64,000 bases of DNA from Azolla caroliniana (lineage: Eukaryota; Plantae; Polypodiophyta), in the NCBI GenBank assembly GCA_043228905.1, contig JBHGNT010000011.1, positions 16,864,001-16,928,000 on the forward strand, given 5' to 3'. The notes beneath the pieces are model-generated. The model saw nothing but the letters and a program-made list of their open reading frames with translations. It searched no databases and was not told the origin of the DNA. Below are positions 11,528 through 22,508 of this stretch, one piece after another. Position 1 is the stretch's first letter, and the number at the start of each line of letters is the position of its first letter. The position numbers were made by a program, and so were the translations under genes.

Positions 11528-14500
11528 ATGGAAGGCGGCGGCAGCGGGCAGCCGATGATGATGGTGCTGAATGCACAGAATTACGCCGACTGGAAGATCA
11601 AGATGGAGGATCTTCTGATTGTTCGGGACCTGTACGAACCGATTGACAGGTCGGAAATACCGAAAGGGGTACTTGAGTCGGAGTGGAAGCTCCTGAACCG
11701 GAAAGCCGTAGCGACGATCCGACAATACGTCGATGTAAGCGTCCTACAACATGTGGCGAACGACACCAACGCATACGAGATGTGGAAGAAGCTGTCGGGC
11801 CTCTATGAGAGGAAGAATGCGTTGAACCGGACCTCCCTGATGAGGAAGATAGTGAATCTCAAGTACCGGGACGGCGAGAGCATGGTGGAACACGTAAGCA
11901 CGTTCATGGGATTCGTGAATCAGCTTGCGGCGATCAAGTTCCCGTTGGAGGATGCAATGCAAGCCATCATCCTGATGTGTACATTGCCGGAAAGCTGGGA
12001 GAACTTGGTGGTGACTCTCAGCACCTCGTGCACCGAAGATAACTTGTCCTTACAAACGGTAAAGACAAGTATTCTGAATGAAGAAGCGCGTCGGAGAGAT
12101 AAGGAACCGGCCTCCGACCCGAAGATGCTGTTTACCGAATCGGATCGGGGAAGACAGTGGAACCGGAGTCCGCAAAGACGGGAGAAGTCGGGGACCCGGT
12201 CGCAGTCAAGAGGAAGGCCAACATGCTTCCACTGTGGGAAGCCGGGGCACTTCCGGAAGAACTGTCGGCATTACCGAAAAGACAATGGAGCCGACGACAC
12301 CGACTCGAAGAAGTCACCGGAGAGAAACGGTGCATACCGGGGAGCCACGGACCGGAGAGGTTCGGATCGGCGAGGGCAAGACCGGAAAGGAACAACGGCA
12401 CTCGCGGCAAGTGAGGAAGAAATCATGCTCATCACCGAAGAAGGTGAGCTAAACGTTGCCGGCGATGAGACGACCTGGGTGGTCGATTCCGGAGCATCGT
12501 TCCACCTGACCCCGGAGAGAAGATACTTCTCATCCTACACAGCCGGCGAGCATGGCTGTGTTCGGATGGGAAATGAAGGTACGTGCCGGATTGCCGGCAT
12601 AGGAGACGTGTGGTTGACAACCCCGACCGGATGCAAAATGCTGCTGAAAGATGTCCGACACGTTCCGGAGGTCCGATTGAACCTGATTTCGGCCGGGAGG
12701 CTAGATGATGAAGGCTACACGGGTAGCATCCGGAACGGTGTCATGAAGTTCAGCAAGGGGAGCTTGATAGTGGTTCGGGCCCGGAAGGTCAACACACTGT
12801 ACCTGATGAATGCCCGGTTATGTCCGGAAGAGCTGAATGTGGCAGCCGACACTGCCGGTGAGCTGTGGCACAAAAGACTGTGCCACATGAGTGAGAAGGG
12901 GATGAAGAGGCTTGCAGAAGACAACCTCATCCCAGTGAAGCACGTGCACCTGGAGAAGTGCACCGATTGCCTGGCCGGTAAGCAGAACCGAACCTCCTTC
13001 CACTCAAGGCCACCGACGAGACGTAGCGCACCATTGGAGTTGGTGCACACTGATGTGTGTCAGGTAGAAACGAAGTCACATGGCGGAGCCCAGTACTTCG
13101 TGACATTCATTGATGATCACAGCCGGAAGCTGTGGACGGCACCGTTGAAGACAAAGGACCAAGTGTTGTCCGTCTTCAAAGAACTCCACGCGAGAGTGGA
13201 AAGGGAATCCGGCAAGAAGCTGAAAGCGATACGAGCGGATAACGGAGGGGAATACCGGGGGCAGTTCCAGGAGTACTGTCGCTCGAAGGGAATCCGACTC
13301 GAGTTTACTGTGCCGAAGACGCCGGAACTGAACGGGCTGGCCGAGAGGATGAACCGGACCATAATGGAGCGGGTCCGGAGTATGCTGGCGCATGCGAAAT
13401 TACCCAACGGGTTTTGGGCTGAGGCAATGTCGACGGCGACATACGTGATAAACCGATCACCCTCAGTACCTTTGGACGGAGACACGCCGCAGAGAGTGTG
13501 GACCGGTAAGGAAGTGTCCTACCGGCATCTGAAGGTGTTCGGGTGTCTCGCATACGTGCATGTGGCAAAGGACCGGAGAGGAAAGCTAGATCCGAAGACC
13601 CGGCCATGCATATTCCTCGGTTACGGCGACGACGAGTTCGGCTACCGAGTATGGGACCCGGTCGACAAGAAGATATTCCGGAGTCGTGATATCATCTTCA
13701 TGGAGGACAAGACACTCGCCGACTGGGAGTCGGAGAAGAAGATGAAGAGCTCCAAGTCGATCGGTGAGGATCAACTCTACGAGGAGCAGTCCCGACCGGC
13801 AAGGGACCGGTTAGCACTCGAGGATCCGGCCGAAGACAGTGAAGAAACAGAACCGGCCGAAGAAGATGAAAATGATACCGGAACCGGCCCCGATCCCGAA
13901 ATGGATTCGGATGAAGAAGAAGAATCGGAAGAACCGGTTACCGAAGCTCCGGAACGGAGATACCCTCTAAGAGAGAGAAGGGCCCCCCGGAGATTTCCGG
14001 AACCAGAGCACGTGTTGCTAACCGACGAGGGGGAGCCGGAGAGCTTTGAAGAAGCGAAGAATGACACCCAGAGCCGCAGGTGGTTGAGTGCCATGCAGGA
14101 CGAGATGGATTCCCTGCATGAGAACCACACATATGAACTTGTGGAGTTGCCGAAGGGAAAGCGGGCACTTCGAAACAAGTGGGTGTTCAAGCTGAAACCG
14201 GGAGATGCCGGAAACCCCCCGAGATACAAAGCCAGGATCGTGGTGAAGGGGTTTCAGCAAAAGAAGGGCGTCGACTTCGACGAGATATTTGCCCCGGTAG
14301 TGAAGATGACCTCCATCCGGACGGTGCTGAGCATAGCGGCAAGCATGGACCTCGAGGTAGAACAGATGGACGTGAAGACAGCATTCCTTCACGGTGACCT
14401 CGAAGAAGAAATCTACATGCAGCAACCGGAAGGATTCGAGAAGAAAGGGAAGGAGCACCTGGTATGCCGGTTGAAGAAGAGCCTTTACGGACTGAAGCAG

Positions 14501-15604
14501 GCTCCCCGGCAATGGTACCGGAAGTTCGACTCCTTCATGACCGACGAAGGGTACCTCAAAACGCAGTCCGACCACTGCGTGTTTGTGAAGAAGTTTGAAG
14601 GAGGAGACTTCCTAATACTCCTCCTGTACGTGGACGACATGTTGATCGTCGGACGGGACCAGGTCAAGATACGGATGCTGAAGAAGGCTCTTCACCGAAC
14701 CTTCTCAATGAAGGACCTGGGTCCGGCGAGGCAAATACTAGGGATGCACATCATCCGGGACCGGAAGAAGAAGCAGTTGTGGCTGTCACAGGAGAAGTAC
14801 GTGACAAAGGTGCTTCAACGGTTCAACATGTCGGAAGCAAGACCGGTCGGATCGACCCTCCCGGCAAACTGCAATCTGTCCAGCAAGCAAAGTCCCAAGA
14901 CAAAGGCTGAAAAGGAGGATATGATGAAAGTGCCGTATGCCTCAGCCGTCGGGAGCTTGATGTACGCCATGGTGTGTACGAGACCGGACATCGGATATGC
15001 AGTCGGAGTGGTGAGCCGGTACATGAGCAATCCCGGCAAAGAGCATTGGAACGCAGCCAAGTGGATACTCCGATACCTGAAGGGCACGGCAAACGTGTGC
15101 CTCCGATTCGGCTCCGGTAAGCCCGAACTCGAAGGCTTTACTGATTCTGATATGTCGGCTGATGCAGATACCAGCCGGTCCACATCAGGGTATGTGATGA
15201 CGTATGCAGGGGGAGCTGTTTCGTGGCAGTCGAGGCTGCAGAAGACGGTTGCGTTGTCAACCACGGAGGCGGAGTACATGGCGGCTGTTGAAGCCGGCAA
15301 GGAAATAATATGGATGAAGGACTTCATTAGAGAGCTCGGTATCCGGCAAGAGGAGTACCGACTCTACTGCGACAGTCAGAGTGCCATCCACCTTGCGAAG
15401 AACGCAGCCTATCACTCCCGGACGAAGCACATCCAGCGAAGATATCACTGGATCCGGGAAAGGATAGAAGACAAGGAGTTCGTGCTGACGAAGATCCACA
15501 CCGACGAGAACGGGTCGGATATGCTGACCAAGGTGCTCACACCCGACAAGCTGGAAGCATGCCGGAAGAGGATCGGATTGGAAAGACATCCCATGCCGAA
15601 GTGA
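11528..15604 (+). CDS. gag-pol: copia gag-pol polyprotein (Gag, zinc knuckle, PR, INT, RT, RH), 1358 aa, uninterrupted
   Basis: Single ORF from the ATG just after the PBS. All catalytic motifs are present (DSGA, integrase D-D-E, YVDD, RNaseH). Confidence 0.96.
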   Translation: MEGGGSGQPMMMVLNAQNYADWKIKMEDLLIVRDLYEPIDRSEIPKGVLESEWKLLNRKAVATIRQYVDVSVLQHVANDTNAYEMWKKLSGLYERKNALNRTSLMRKIVNLKYRDGESMVEHVSTFMGFVNQLAAIKFPLEDAMQAIILMCTLPESWENLVVTLSTSCTEDNLSLQTVKTSILNEEARRRDKEPASDPKMLFTESDRGRQWNRSPQRREKSGTRSQSRGRPTCFHCGKPGHFRKNCRHYRKDNGADDTDSKKSPERNGAYRGATDRRGSDRRGQDRKGTTALAASEEEIMLITEEGELNVAGDETTWVVDSGASFHLTPERRYFSSYTAGEHGCVRMGNEGTCRIAGIGDVWLTTPTGCKMLLKDVRHVPEVRLNLISAGRLDDEGYTGSIRNGVMKFSKGSLIVVRARKVNTLYLMNARLCPEELNVAADTAGELWHKRLCHMSEKGMKRLAEDNLIPVKHVHLEKCTDCLAGKQNRTSFHSRPPTRRSAPLELVHTDVCQVETKSHGGAQYFVTFIDDHSRKLWTAPLKTKDQVLSVFKELHARVERESGKKLKAIRADNGGEYRGQFQEYCRSKGIRLEFTVPKTPELNGLAERMNRTIMERVRSMLAHAKLPNGFWAEAMSTATYVINRSPSVPLDGDTPQRVWTGKEVSYRHLKVFGCLAYVHVAKDRRGKLDPKTRPCIFLGYGDDEFGYRVWDPVDKKIFRSRDIIFMEDKTLADWESEKKMKSSKSIGEDQLYEEQSRPARDRLALEDPAEDSEETEPAEEDENDTGTGPDPEMDSDEEEESEEPVTEAPERRYPLRERRAPRRFPEPEHVLLTDEGEPESFEEAKNDTQSRRWLSAMQDEMDSLHENHTYELVELPKGKRALRNKWVFKLKPGDAGNPPRYKARIVVKGFQQKKGVDFDEIFAPVVKMTSIRTVLSIAASMDLEVEQMDVKTAFLHGDLEEEIYMQQPEGFEKKGKEHLVCRLKKSLYGLKQAPRQWYRKFDSFMTDEGYLKTQSDHCVFVKKFEGGDFLILLLYVDDMLIVGRDQVKIRMLKKALHRTFSMKDLGPARQILGMHIIRDRKKKQLWLSQEKYVTKVLQRFNMSEARPVGSTLPANCNLSSKQSPKTKAEKEDMMKVPYASAVGSLMYAMVCTRPDIGYAVGVVSRYMSNPGKEHWNAAKWILRYLKGTANVCLRFGSGKPELEGFTDSDMSADADTSRSTSGYVMTYAGGAVSWQSRLQKTVALSTTEAEYMAAVEAGKEIIWMKDFIRELGIRQEEYRLYCDSQSAIHLAKNAAYHSRTKHIQRRYHWIRERIEDKEFVLTKIHTDENGSDMLTKVLTPDKLEACRKRIGLERHPMPK

Positions 15605-15614
15605 AGGGGGAGTT

Positions 15615-16223
15615 TGTTGGGATTTCGGTCCCTTTCGGATGGGATGGTCGGATATCGGAGATGAATGCCGACAAGCCCGGTTTCGGTTTCGGATCCGGAT
15701 GACGAAGACCCCGGCTTCGGTGCCGGATGACGAATGTACCCGGAGAGCGATCCGGATGCAGGGACATATCCGTGAATATGTTCGCTACGAGCCCCCTGAG
15801 GCTATAGTTGTAAATAGCCCAAAGTCATATAAGTATAAATATGACTTAGGGCAAACAGTTTTTCTGTTGCTTCTCATTTTTCTGTTTTTCCACTTTAGAG
15901 GAGTGAAGAGAGAGCAGCCGTGAGAGAGAGAAAGAGAGAGAGCGCGAGAGAGAGAAAGAGGTAGACGCCTCTGTGTATTTCCGCCGCCTGTGGCGAGGAC
16001 AGCGAGCTCAAGGTCGTCGCCTTGGAGCTCGCCATTGTATATTTCTCTGTGCATAGTTTGGTTCGGAGTCTCGCACTCCCGTGGTTTTTCCCGTATAGGG
16101 TTTTCCACGTTAATCCCTGTGTATCGCGTCTTTCTCTGTATTTCCTATTTTCTGCTACATTGATCCGCGATTAATCGGTTGTGGCCGAGTTGAGAAGGTG
16201 AATCCAAGCGTTGATTCCCAACA
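15615..16223 (+). repeat. 3' LTR of copia C
   Basis: Follows the PPT; direct repeat of 10890-11498. Confidence 0.95.
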
Positions 16224-17162
16224 TTTATTAGATACCCACTCAATGAATTTCACATGAGAAACTTCTACCCGAATTGGATACCCAAGGTGACGACAAATCA
16301 TACCATGATGTACTATCCTTCCTGACCACCCCAAGCCTAACACATCTTGTTCTACACATAAAATGAGGGGAAAATTATGCATATTAATCTTTGATTTTGA
16401 AAACAATTTGTCACACATATCTTGTCGTACTAATATTCTTGCGATTAGGTGCCAAAAACATGATATGGTCATCTGCGAGAGCTTGAACAATACATGGTTT
16501 TCTTGATAGCAACCTTAGTCCAACCAAATCTCCCTCCATAACCATGTTGTGTAATTTAACAAGAATAGGATGTGTAACAATAGTGAATAATAAAGGACTG
16601 ACCTCTTAGAGTCTAATTTTCAGGAATACTAAGGCACATTTTGGGACATGATTTTGGGCTCCTAGAACCATTTGGAATATCCCAAGTTGATATACTCTCT
16701 CAAACAACAAAAAAATTTATAACTCTTGCACTGCAAGTCCAAATGGATCGATCTTTAGTTCACTGCATTTCTCTCACTTAGATTTTTTGAGTGACATTAG
16801 AGCTTTGATAACATTCTCTTGAACCTAAAGTCATCCATAAACATAAGTATTTTCTCATGACATGGTCTTTCTTACTAGGCACAAGAATTTGTCCAAATTT
16901 TATATATTGGGTTTTCATTCAATAATGTGTAATATACTAATTTCAGCATATTCTTTTTCGCAAATGTATATGCGTTCTGGCACTATGGTCCAAATTTGTT
17001 TGCATTATTAGTTGATAGTACATCCACTTTCAAAAGTAAATATACTAACTATAAATGCTTGAATCCACAAGCACAAATCCTACACCAATAAATTACGTGT
17101 GTACTTCCCTAGCTTCGGAAATTCAAAGTTGCCACTTCAATGGTTGAGTCTTTGCATTACGG

Positions 17163-17950
17163 TGTCGTGAGGATTTTCGGCCATGGTGAGAAAACCAAGT
17201 GGGATGGATAAAATGGGGATGTGCAACATTGCACATGCACTTGGAAGATTTATAAAAGAAACAAATGTAAAAAATGAAGGGTAAATGTAAGGTGTTAAAA
17301 GTGCACTTGGAAGAAGTGTAAATGTGATGTGCACTTATGTGCACATGCACATGTAGACTAAAGGGAGAGCACATGAAGTACAAGTGTAGTGAGTAGTGGG
17401 GATAGTGTGTGCGTGAGGAGAGGGAGTTAAGGCTCCATCAATCTCTCATTCTAAGATCAAGGCCAAATATTCCCCCATTGAAAGAAGAGGGCGTTGACCT
17501 CTTCTTTATGTAATGTGCCTCACCCCTTACTACTATAAAAGGGAGTGAGGGGCCATTTTTGAGGGGCTTCCACTTTTTGGGTTTTCTTTGGGGAGTCGCC
17601 ATTTTGTCGTTAGAGGTAGACCGTTAGGATTTTCTTTATCATCTTTTCCCTGATTTCGTTTTAGGGTTTCGGTTTTAGGTTCCCCTTTCATATCATTTCC
17701 CTTCTCTCGATTAGGGTTTAGTTCTTCTTCCTATTCGCTTGGGTTTTCTTCTATTTGTGCTTGAGTCCGGCTTATGGCCGCGGTTATAATCATATCATGG
17801 CTTTCATTTGCTTGTTTAACCTTGTCTTGATCTATTTCTCTATCGTTTTAATCTCTTCTTCTTTCTCCTCCCCTTTTGAGCTCGAAGGCCGTAAGGGATA
17901 AGCTCCCATTTCCCGTCTATTCCCTAGTCCAAGACCCCCATGGTCCCGCC
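17163..17950 (+). mobile_element. 3'-truncated solo LTR related to 44390-45105 and 40311-41005
   Basis: Starts TGTCGTGAGGATTTTCG. Shares GGAGTTAAGG..CCATCAATCTC, CTATAAAAGG and TCCAAGACCCC..TGGTCCCGCC with the 44390 element, but lacks the final ~35 bp. Confidence 0.8.
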
Positions 17951-18002
17951 ATGAATAAAGTAATAGACGAGATTTATGAATATTAGAACACCATTTGTTT
18001 TG

Positions 18003-18041
<39 letters not shown>

Positions 18042-18122
18042 GACTCACCATAATATCCTATCCAATCAACTTGATTATTTTGCTTGCTCTTTCCAACATG
18101 CCTACTCCATCAAAAATTATGG

Positions 18123-18317
18123 AACGTGCGCACATGGTGTATTACTGAAAACATTGCTACATTTTACAAAAATTTCTACAATATTTCAAGACATCGATTA
18201 AGCTTTTTAGATCTATACAAACGTGCGCACATGGTGTATTACTAAAAACATTTCTACATTTTACAAAAATTTCTACAATATTTCAAGACATCGATTAAGC
18301 TTTTTAGATCTATACAA
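18123..18317. repeat. 97-bp tandem duplication upstream of the GH3 gene
   Basis: AACGTGCGCACATGGTGTATTACT...GATCTATAC occurs at 18123 and 18220. Confidence 0.9.
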
Positions 18318-18515
18318 GTTGGATGTGAGTTGTGACACATATTTCTAACTCGGAGCCACATGGATGTTGTTGACATGTCAATTTGAAGTTGAAGCTTTGT
18401 TATGATTATCCTATTATCTAGATTTGCTTTTCAACCACACTGAAAATTTCCAGATGGTATTTATTAGCATCCCCCTCCATATGTTCATCATTACTCTTAG
18501 CTTCATACCACTACA

Positions 18516-21500
18516 ATGGGTACTACAAGCAAGACCTGGTTGAAACATTGGATCCTAATATTAGCAACAATCTTATATTGTGTACCGATTGCCTCTTCAC
18601 AACCCTTATACAAGAACCCAAATGCAAGCGTGGATGAGAGAGTGAAGGATCTCATTAATCGAATGACTTTAGAAGAAAAAGTTGGGCAAATGACACAAAT
18701 TGAGCGCTCAATTGCAAATACCTCCACCATCCAATCTTACTTCATAGGCAAGTATATGTATATATCTATGGAAATGTATAGTGTGTATTATATATATATA
18801 TATATACCTCCATCCAATCTTTTATATCATAGGAATGCATTTAGTAGAAATGTGTATGCAATATTTGTCTATACACATATAATGTGTATAGTATATATAC
18901 ACATACACAATAAGTATTATATATTGCATGGTTTGAAATTTTTTTACATCACATTTGCGCTTCTCTTTTCATTGTTTTTTCCTCTAGGAAGTATCCTAAG
19001 TGGGGGTGGAAGTGTTCCAAAACCGGAGGCATCTGCAAAGGAATGGATGGACATGGTTGATGAATATCAAAGGGCAGCACTTAGTACCCGATTAGGGATA
19101 CCACTCATTTATGGTATTGATGCAGTGCATGGGCATAACACTTTGTACGGAGCCACCATATTTCCACACAATATAGGCATAGGTTGCACTAGGTAAGCCC
19201 ATATTTCGTCTTGCACAATGTTTTTTTTATGACTTTGGAGTAACTGTGAGCTTTTTTGAAGTTTAATTCATCCACTCAATATTATTCATTGGGCTTTTTC
19301 CCTTGTTTAAACTTGTCTTAGGGATCCTGATCTAGCAAGGAGGATTGGCACCGCAACGGCTCTAGAAGTTCGAGCCACAGGAATACCTTATGTATTTGCA
19401 CCATGCCTCGCTGTAATAAGTCTTACCCCTTTCATCTAAGAACCATGTTTTATTGACATTATTAGTATGTAAATGCAATCTACAGATATAGATATCTATA
19501 TCCTTTCCCATGTATCTAAGAACTATGTGTCAATCATATCAATACATTAATAAAGATGTGGATTGAAGCAATCAATATCTACAATGCTCCCAAGACCATT
19601 GCTTTTATAATTTGTCTAGAGTCTCTTTACAAAGGTAGGAACAATGTTTCGAAGGCATTATCATAGAGTAGATGTGCATAAAATAAACTATGCATCGAAA
19701 CCACTACAATGCTATTTCCTTATTGATTTTATCACTAATCTAGAGCCTCTTTATAAAATATATCATAGAAGTTGTTTCCTTTCTACATAAGTTGATCCAC
19801 AACACTTAGTATGTAGTTTAGAATAGCTCACAACCCCTATATATTAGTTAACCCTATGTCTATAGCCACACCAAAAGCTATCCAAGACAATAGCCAACGA
19901 AATGTCCCTTTACGCGCTAATGGGTATATAGGTCTAGCCTAATTGAAACCCAATAATGTGTCAAGGACATTTACTGAAGATTTCCTTTTCTCGAAGCAAA
20001 TATCTGACACTCATAATCTTATTAACCAATGAACCCCATAGGTGTGCCGTCATCCAAGTTGGGGTCGATGTTACGAAAGCTACAGTGAAGACCCTAACCT
20101 CGTCAAGTCGATGACGGAAATCATAACCGGCTTACAAGGGCAAGCTCCTGAGGCAGGCCAACCTTACATTGCAGGACAGTAAGCTTCCTTTGCTTGTTGT
20201 CTTATAGGAATCGGCAATTTGGCTCAACTCAAGTCTGAACCAAACCATTAAACCGTTTTAAATGGTTTGTCGGTTTGGCATTTCGGTTCAGTTTGGTTTA
20301 GGCTTGAGCTTTCTTAACCGGTTTGAGCTCAGTTAGGGATGGCTCAAGCTGAACTGAACTGATTTGGGCCAAACCAGTTAGCCTTAATCAATTTAGGAAC
20401 CGGTTTGGATCAAGTTTTGGAAACTCCCAAACAAGGCTTAATCGGTTTGGTTTGGTTTGGGCAAGGCCAAACTAGTTAAGCCGAAACCAAACCGTTGCCC
20501 ATTCTTACTGCCTTGGTTTTTCTATACACATGTTGTTGATCAACAATTTGGAGTATGAGACCTGATGCCTACTGGTCTTGTATGGTTTACCAGGCGCAAT
20601 GTCGCCGCAACTGCAAAGCATTACCTCGGAGATGGTGGCACTGTCGGGGGCATCGACGAAAACAACACCATAACAAGCTACAAGAGCCTAGTGAATGTCC
20701 ACATGGCCCCATACTTCAATGCGGTCGCAAAGGGCGTGTCGACTGTGATGATCTCTTTCAGCAGCTGGAATGGAGTGAAAATGCACGCAAACCGCAAGCT
20801 CATCTCAAATGTTCTCAAGAAACAACTCAAATTCAAGGTGGAGTTAAAATGTTTAAGAAAATCCTAATTGGAGACATATATCCCACTCTTAAGTGAAGGC
20901 CTCTACTCTGGCCATAAAACATTAATTCTTTTAAGGTTTTGCACTTTTGATGTACTAAGGTTTTGTTGCACTTTTGATGTACTAAGGTTTTATTGCACTT
21001 TTGATGTACTAAGGTTTTATTGCACTTCCTTGATGTCTTCAGGGATTTGTAATTTCCGATTGGATGGGGATTGATAGAATCACAACACCATGGGGTGTTA
21101 ATTACACATATTCGGTTCTCACCGGTATCAATGCGGGAATCGACATGGTGAGATTTCATAAATTCCTTAAACTTAACCCGGAAAACATCATGGATAGTCC
21201 TGATCCGAAAAATCATCGTGTATGCATGCATATGTTATAGGTTATGGTGCCTTTCAATTACACCAGTTTCCAATCCGAGACGATTTCTCTAGTGAAGGCA
21301 GGGTTTATCTCCCGAAACCGAATCGACGATGCGGTGACGAGGATTCTGCGAGTGAAGTTCATGATGGGCTTGTTTGAGCACCCATTTGGAGATAGGTCAC
21401 TAATAAGCAATGTGGGGACCAAGGAGCACAAAGCCTTGGCACAAGAAGCGGTTCGGAAGTCTCTTGTTCTCTTGAAGAATGGGAAGCCTGGGAATAAGCC

Positions 21501-22508
21501 CTTACTACCGTTGGACAAGAACGCACGCAAAATCTTGGTTGCCGGTACTCATGCCAACGATATCGGCAATCAATGTGGAGGATGGACAATGACCTGGCAA
21601 GGGTCTAGTGGTAACATCACCACAGGTAATCAATAAATCATAACCCAATTTTAACAATGAATTTTGTTTCTAGTAGTGTGTAAACCCAATCAAATCTCTT
21701 GTGGAAGGAACTTGGAAGCTCACAAAACATTGTAACTGCCCCTAAAAACCCCAGGGACCATTTTATTATGCAATATTCAAACATATGACCCACAATTCCA
21801 TTTCTAGTAGACTTGTCAACTCTATCAAATCTCTTGTGGAAGGAACTTGGAAGCTCACAAAACATGGTTGCCCTTAAATTAACCCTGACCATTATTATTA
21901 TGAAATATTCAATCATATGACCAACAATTCCACAATTCCACAATTCTACAACAAATGAGAATTCAAATGGCATGACTTGTTTTGTTTTTTGGCATGTTTG
22001 TTTTTCTTATTTCTCCCTATCTGGGGCCGAATCAGGAACCACGATCCTCGAAGGCATTCGTGGGATAGTGAGCGAATCGACACAGGTTGTATACAAGAAA
22101 TCGCCCAAGAAGAGCTCGGTGGAGGGCCATGGTTATGCCTACGCGATAGTAGCCGTGGGGGAGAAGCCATACTCCGAGTACGAAGGAGACGACCCGAACC
22201 TCCGGATCCCTGAAGAAGGCCTCGAGACGATCAAGACCGTGTGCGGTCACGTGAAATGTGTGGTTGTGATCATCTCCGGGAGACCTTTGGTGGTGGAACC
22301 CTACTTGGGTCTTATGGACGCCTTGGTGGCCGCATGGCTACCTGGCTCAGAGGGAGGTGTCGGCGTGAGTGAGGTCTTATTTGGAGATTTCCCATTCACC
22401 GGAAAGCTCTCCAGGACATGGTTTCGGAATGTAACGCAGCTGCCGATGAATGTGGGCGATCGTCACTATAATCCCCTCTTCCCTTATGGATTTGGGCTCT
22501 CTTCATGA
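18516..22508 (+). CDS. Glycoside hydrolase family 3 beta-glucosidase / beta-D-glucan exohydrolase, secreted, 8 exons
   Basis: Exons 18516-18747, 18988-19192, 19322-19412, 20042-20178, 20594-20837, 21043-21147, 21241-21625 and 22036-22508 join in frame. Signal peptide. Motifs [41 protein letters not shown] (nucleophile), VGEKPYSE (acid/base), [18 protein letters not shown]. Confidence 0.95.
20205..20507. mobile_element. hAT-type MITE in GH3 intron 4
   Basis: TIRs TAGGAATCGGCAA / TTGCCCATTCTTA (11/13 match). Many AAACCG/CGGTTT-like subterminal motifs. Decayed 8-bp TSD TTGTCTTA / CTGCCTTG (3 transitions). Confidence 0.7.
20932..21036. repeat. 27-bp minisatellite in GH3 intron 5
   Basis: AAGGTTTT(G/A)TTGCACTTTTGATGTACT occurs about 3.5 times and runs up to the acceptor at 21042. 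Confidence 0.9.
21667..21930. repeat. ~135-bp tandem duplication in GH3 intron 7
   Basis: ATCAAATCTCTTGTGGAAGGAACTTGGAAGCTCACAAAACAT occurs twice. Confidence 0.85.

Larger units (their letters stand above)
10890..16223 (+). mobile_element. Full-length, apparently intact Ty1/copia LTR retrotransposon C
   Basis: 609-bp LTRs at 10890-11498 and 15615-16223 with no difference seen. TSD TTTAT at 10885-10889 and 16224-16228. PBS TGGTATCAGAGC 11502-11513. PPT 15605-15612. Confidence 0.97.
9600..17160 (-). mobile_element. Old degraded L1-type LINE ORF2 remnant, interrupted by copia C
   Basis: The minus strand translates to SPLLFTIVTHPIL...QALADDHIMFL (~16450-16600), RHLGYPI (~16270-16290) and AWGHVCTLNHLGGTSILNL (~10625-10682). 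Boundaries are approximate. Confidence 0.7.

Noticed and set aside
43-16108. Many antisense and alternate-frame ORFs over the copia elements and LTRs
   Set aside because: They are shadows of GC-rich coding sequence. Their recurrence only reflects the repeated elements, and they contain no recognisable motifs.
20932-21036. 27-bp repeats as a CRISPR array
   Set aside because: They are head-to-tail with no spacers, lie inside a plant intron, and there are no cas genes.
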